Position numbers and translations under genes: made by a program
Part shown: positions 60,530-64,000 of the stretch, in pieces
Position numbering within the stretch: position 1 is the first letter of the stretch
Layout: each line of letters starts with the position of its first letter
Notes under the pieces: model-generated
The model's database searches: none
What the model was told of the DNA's origin: nothing
What the model saw: the letters and a program-made list of their open reading frames with translations, nothing else
From: a virus
Direction: 5' to 3' (one strand)
IMG/VR virus record: IMGVR_UViG_3300037851_000500
Coordinates: 48,112 to 112,111 of that record
DNA: 64,000 bases

Positions 60530-60537
60530 AATCACGC

Positions 60538-60590
60538 ATTTGTGGTGCATTTGACATGGCATAAAAACTGTGTTACAATGCACCACAAAT
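60538..60590 (+). promoter_or_regulatory. sigma70 promoter bracketed by a perfect 14-bp inverted repeat
   Basis: atttgtggtgcatt / aatgcaccacaaat flanking TTGACA-N17-TACAAT. Confidence 0.75.
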
Positions 60591-60658
60591 AGGGAATTTC
60601 CCTACAAGTCAAATCAAATCCCACTAATTAAAATCACCCAAACCAAAGGAGAATTGAA

Positions 60659-61375
60659 ATGAACAATTATGCAGGAATTGATTACAGCAGGGGAATGGCA
60701 AATGTCAATTATAAAACTGGAATTCATTACGGAGTAATTAATCAAAACAAAGTAGGGGAATCATGGTTTGAATCATCAGAAGCAGATTACGGAATGCCGG
60801 GATGTTCAAAATGTGGTTATGAATTTAAGAAGTCAAAATCACCCACTAAATGCCCCAATTGTGGATATAGACCAAATGATGATTCTGAATTTTATAGAGA
60901 AGATCCAATTGAATTTTATTATAATCAAGATGGATATAAAATTATTCAATCTGGAGATGATACTGATTTATTTATTCTTAAATCACCATATTTTACCTAT
61001 TGCCAATTCTGTAGTCCATGCGCTCCTGGTGCTGGTTATATTATGAATTCAGTTAATCCAGAACATGGTGGAATTAAAACCTATTGCTTAGGACATGATT
61101 GGTTTGAATCACAGGAAACGGGCAATTGGATTGATTGCAAATATTGTAATGGTACAGGATACCGTAAAATCACTGAAATTCCACATTTCAATAAAGAATC
61201 ATTTATTGCAAATGGCGGAATGATGCATGGTGATGATAAAGTTTATTGTTGGAATTGTAATCGTGATCCTCAAATGGCAAATGCTGGTAAAATCAAAGAG
61301 AGAATTAATAAAGCACCATATCCGGTCTATTCCGTAAAAACTGGCAAATTGGTTGAACCTACAATTGATAACTGA
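60659..61375 (+). CDS. Cys-rich hypothetical early protein
   Basis: CSKC..CPNC, KSPYFTYCQFCSPCAPGAG, CKYCNGTG. Confidence 0.6.
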   Translation: MNNYAGIDYSRGMANVNYKTGIHYGVINQNKVGESWFESSEADYGMPGCSKCGYEFKKSKSPTKCPNCGYRPNDDSEFYREDPIEFYYNQDGYKIIQSGDDTDLFILKSPYFTYCQFCSPCAPGAGYIMNSVNPEHGGIKTYCLGHDWFESQETGNWIDCKYCNGTGYRKITEIPHFNKESFIANGGMMHGDDKVYCWNCNRDPQMANAGKIKERINKAPYPVYSVKTGKLVEPTIDN

Positions 61376-61450
61376 TAATTTAATTTGAATTGAAAGGAGA
61401 AAAATCATAATTGATCCATTTAATCCAGTAATTGAAAGGGGGGCGGTATT

Positions 61451-61762
61451 ATGAATTATACACCCGGACCTTGGAAAGTAGATTTTAGTCGTAAGCCGTA
61501 TTCAATTGCACCCAATAGAATTGACCCTACTTCTGTTTTCAATTCCCCTTTAGGAGTTGTATTTCGTTCCCATGTCAAGGGCAAAGAATCAGAGCAAATT
61601 GCCAATGCTAATTTAATTGCAGCAGCACCCGAAATGTTTGAAGCATTACAACGGGTCGGCTGTCAATATTGGGCTTGCCCTGGACCTGATAAACCAATTG
61701 AAGATATGGCTACTTGTTTTGTATGTGCAACAATTAGAAAAGCTGAAGGAAAGGAGGATTAA
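61451..61762 (+). CDS. Hypothetical phage protein (TPGPW..ANANLIAAAPE type)
   Basis: Motif common in small phage early proteins. Confidence 0.65.
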   Translation: MNYTPGPWKVDFSRKPYSIAPNRIDPTSVFNSPLGVVFRSHVKGKESEQIANANLIAAAPEMFEALQRVGCQYWACPGPDKPIEDMATCFVCATIRKAEGKED

Positions 61763-61763
61763 A

Positions 61764-62144
61764 ATGCCATTAAGACAAGAGGAACAAGAATCAATTAATA
61801 AGCAATGGGATTCAATTCAATCTAAAATGGATGAATTACAGGAATTAAGAAAAAAGCTCAATTGTTCATTGGCAATTCAATCCCTATGGCCTGAAGCATT
61901 TAAATTAGGTCCAGTTAAAACTTATTTTGTAGGCAATTTATATAAAATTAGGGAAATGAGATTTAAAATTGAAGCTGGAGATGATGATGCAGAATATAGT
62001 TTATTTGAAATCCCTGAAATTCTATTGGATCGGCAAATTGAATTACAGATTGAAAAAGCAGATTCAATGGTAAATAGGGAAATTTGGGTAAAATTTAAAA
62101 ATGAAGTTTATGATCATAAAAGGCGCTTGACTTTGGGGAAATAG
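61764..62144 (+). CDS. Hypothetical protein
   Basis: Start likely ATG 61764 after GGAGG. Confidence 0.55.
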   Translation: MPLRQEEQESINKQWDSIQSKMDELQELRKKLNCSLAIQSLWPEAFKLGPVKTYFVGNLYKIREMRFKIEAGDDDAEYSLFEIPEILLDRQIELQIEKADSMVNREIWVKFKNEVYDHKRRLTLGK

Positions 62145-62155
62145 TGTGTTACATT
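62127..62155 (+). promoter_or_regulatory. sigma70 promoter related to the 60551 promoter
   Basis: TTGACT-N17-TACATT followed by gcatcacaa. Confidence 0.6.
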
Positions 62156-62193
62156 GCATCACAATTAGTTAACCACAACCAAACGAAAGGAGA

Positions 62194-63015
62194 TTGCAAA
62201 TGAGAACTTTTACTGGAGAACGTAATTACGAGAATTTTTTGAAGTATGTTGAATCAAGCAAAAATGGAGATGATTGCCCAATTGATAATAATACCAGAGT
62301 AATTAGGCATATTGGGCATGTTGCAATTAAGTTGCATAATACAGAAATTGTTACTTATTATAAAAGTGGCTGGATTGAATTAAATTCTGGTGGTTGGCTT
62401 ACAGTCACAACTAAAGATCGAATGAATACATATAGTCCAATTAGAGTATGGGCTAATAAACGTGTTTGGTATGTTACATTTAATAATAAAACTTATCTTT
62501 ATGAAGATCATATGTCATTTAATCTTGAAAGTGGAAATGTTTACGGTGGACCGGATAAATCAGAATTAGCTAAAGAGTGTAATCCACAGCAAATTAAAAA
62601 CAAGGAAAAAGAATTAAAAAGAATTAATAATTATGTTAAAAACTTTATTGATAAATTCCTTAAAGGTGAAATTGCACCTATGAGTTCAGGTGATTGCTGG
62701 TATTGTTTATCGCATGTACAAGGATCAGGAATTCCCCCAATTCAAACGCTCAATTCAAATGGTGTAGTTACTGATGGATTTGATGAAACGCACCATATTC
62801 GATCACATATTAAATCAAAATACTATGTTCCTTCCCTACTATTCAATGCAATTAAAGAGACTCCACATTTATCTCAAATGGATAAATATACAATTACTCA
62901 GATTTATAATGGCGGGAAAATTGAGAATAATAGTTGGTTAGATTTAACTGGTCGAAATTTGAGATCAACTTTGTCTCGTTACATTCGCAAGCAATTGGGT
63001 TATCAAATTAGCTGA
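62194..63015 (+). CDS. Hypothetical early phage protein
   Basis: AIKLHNTEIV..LNSGGWLTVTTKDRMN motif; AAGGAG RBS. Confidence 0.6.
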   Translation: MQMRTFTGERNYENFLKYVESSKNGDDCPIDNNTRVIRHIGHVAIKLHNTEIVTYYKSGWIELNSGGWLTVTTKDRMNTYSPIRVWANKRVWYVTFNNKTYLYEDHMSFNLESGNVYGGPDKSELAKECNPQQIKNKEKELKRINNYVKNFIDKFLKGEIAPMSSGDCWYCLSHVQGSGIPPIQTLNSNGVVTDGFDETHHIRSHIKSKYYVPSLLFNAIKETPHLSQMDKYTITQIYNGGKIENNSWLDLTGRNLRSTLSRYIRKQLGYQIS

Positions 63016-63062
63016 AAGGGAAACTTTGCAAGTAATTAAAACAAAATAAAGAGGATCAAATT

Positions 63063-63910
63063 ATGAAAGAAAAACAAATGATAGTAACAGTTATTTACTT
63101 TAAAAGAAATGAAAAATCAAAATTAGAAAAAGGAATTGCAGTTTTAATTGATGGAAATGTACAATTGATTATAGACGCAAATGGTAAAAGTGTATCTTTT
63201 AATATATGGGATTTTAATTTACATTATGAATCAGGGTGTATTAATATTAAAGTATAAACAAAGGAGATAAATTATGAAATATAAAATTTTTCAATTAGAA
63301 TTTCACATTGAAAATGATGCTTTTACTACTAATTGTAAAAAAAAGGAAATTGCCAGAATATTACGGCAAATAGCAAATAGAATAGAATTGGAACACCCAA
63401 TTAGTTCCAATAAAATCATGGATATTAATGGCAATTCAATTGGAAGGTTTGGAATTATCCGAAAGGGAATTTAAAAATGGCTACTTATAGAATTTGGGGA
63501 AGTTATCAGGGGAAAAAGAGGGAATTGATTGACACCGCAACCAATCCAAAATCAGCAATTTATTTAAAAAATGAATATCAAATGGCATTTGGAAAGGATT
63601 GGAGATTAACAATTGTACCAGATCCTTACACTAAATTTGAAATCCAGGGTGTTCAAACTTTTAGAAGTTACAAATAAACGAAAGGAGCAATTAAATGGAT
63701 GAGTCAAGATTGCAATTATGGTATAAAACAGGCGGAATGGTTAAATCCAATAGGTGGGTAAATAAGTGGGAAACTAAAAACAATAAAATTAATCCTTTAA
63801 TTGGAGTTTTAATTGAAGATCGTTGCCCACAATGCGGAGCAAGAACTTGGCTAAATGCAAAAGGCAATCAATGTTGCTGGAATTGTAATTGGGAAACCCT
63901 TATTAACTAA
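63063..63910 (+). CDS. Four small hypothetical early genes (63063-63257, 63274-63474, 63477-63677, 63695-63910)
   Basis: Packed ORFs, each with an RBS. Confidence 0.55.
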
Positions 63911-64000
63911 ACGAAAGGAGCAAAATTATGAGTGAAATAGTTGAAACAATTGACTACAAGAGCTATCAAATTAATATTCACCAAGATATTGATCCAATTG

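Noticed and set aside
1-64000. Genome-wide stop-codon reassignment (suggested by the TAG at 59097)
   Set aside because: Long genes are intact in the standard code, and TAG ends terL, 20252..20539, 20532..21029, 31672..32151 and 43994..44314

Overview
The window is a 64-kb slice of an AT-rich (roughly 30% GC by eye) tailed dsDNA bacteriophage, probably a large siphovirus. Sigma70-type promoters and GGAG Shine-Dalgarno sites point to a bacterial host. No integrase, tRNA, CRISPR array, reverse transcriptase or DNA polymerase was seen. (1) 1-31.6 kb, minus strand: a complete HK97/lambda-like morphogenesis operon. It runs TerS, intein-containing TerL, portal, prohead protease, major capsid, head-tail joining proteins, tail tube, frameshifted tail chaperones and tape measure. 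It continues with Dit/hub/NlpC-P60, two paralogous tail-tip proteins and fibre genes, with three inserted HNH endonucleases. (2) 31.7-53.0 kb, plus strand: accessory and metabolic genes. These include tandem wHTH proteins, a SAM methyltransferase, a cupin, a dNMP kinase, thymidylate synthase, a J-domain protein and a caspase-family protease. They also include a split HldA/HldC heptose-nucleotide pathway with a HAD phosphatase and a DHS-fold protein. (3) 53.0-53.5 kb: a non-coding ACTTGGAT repeat array. (4) 53.5-64 kb: a probable early region of small genes under divergent promoters. Best leads: strong over-representation of the palindrome CAATTG confined to region 4, the phage-borne heptose-nucleotide gene set, an ACTTGGAT box shared by three promoters and the array, the duplicated tail tip, and a stand-alone caspase. 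All counts are manual and all protein calls come from motif recognition, not database searches.
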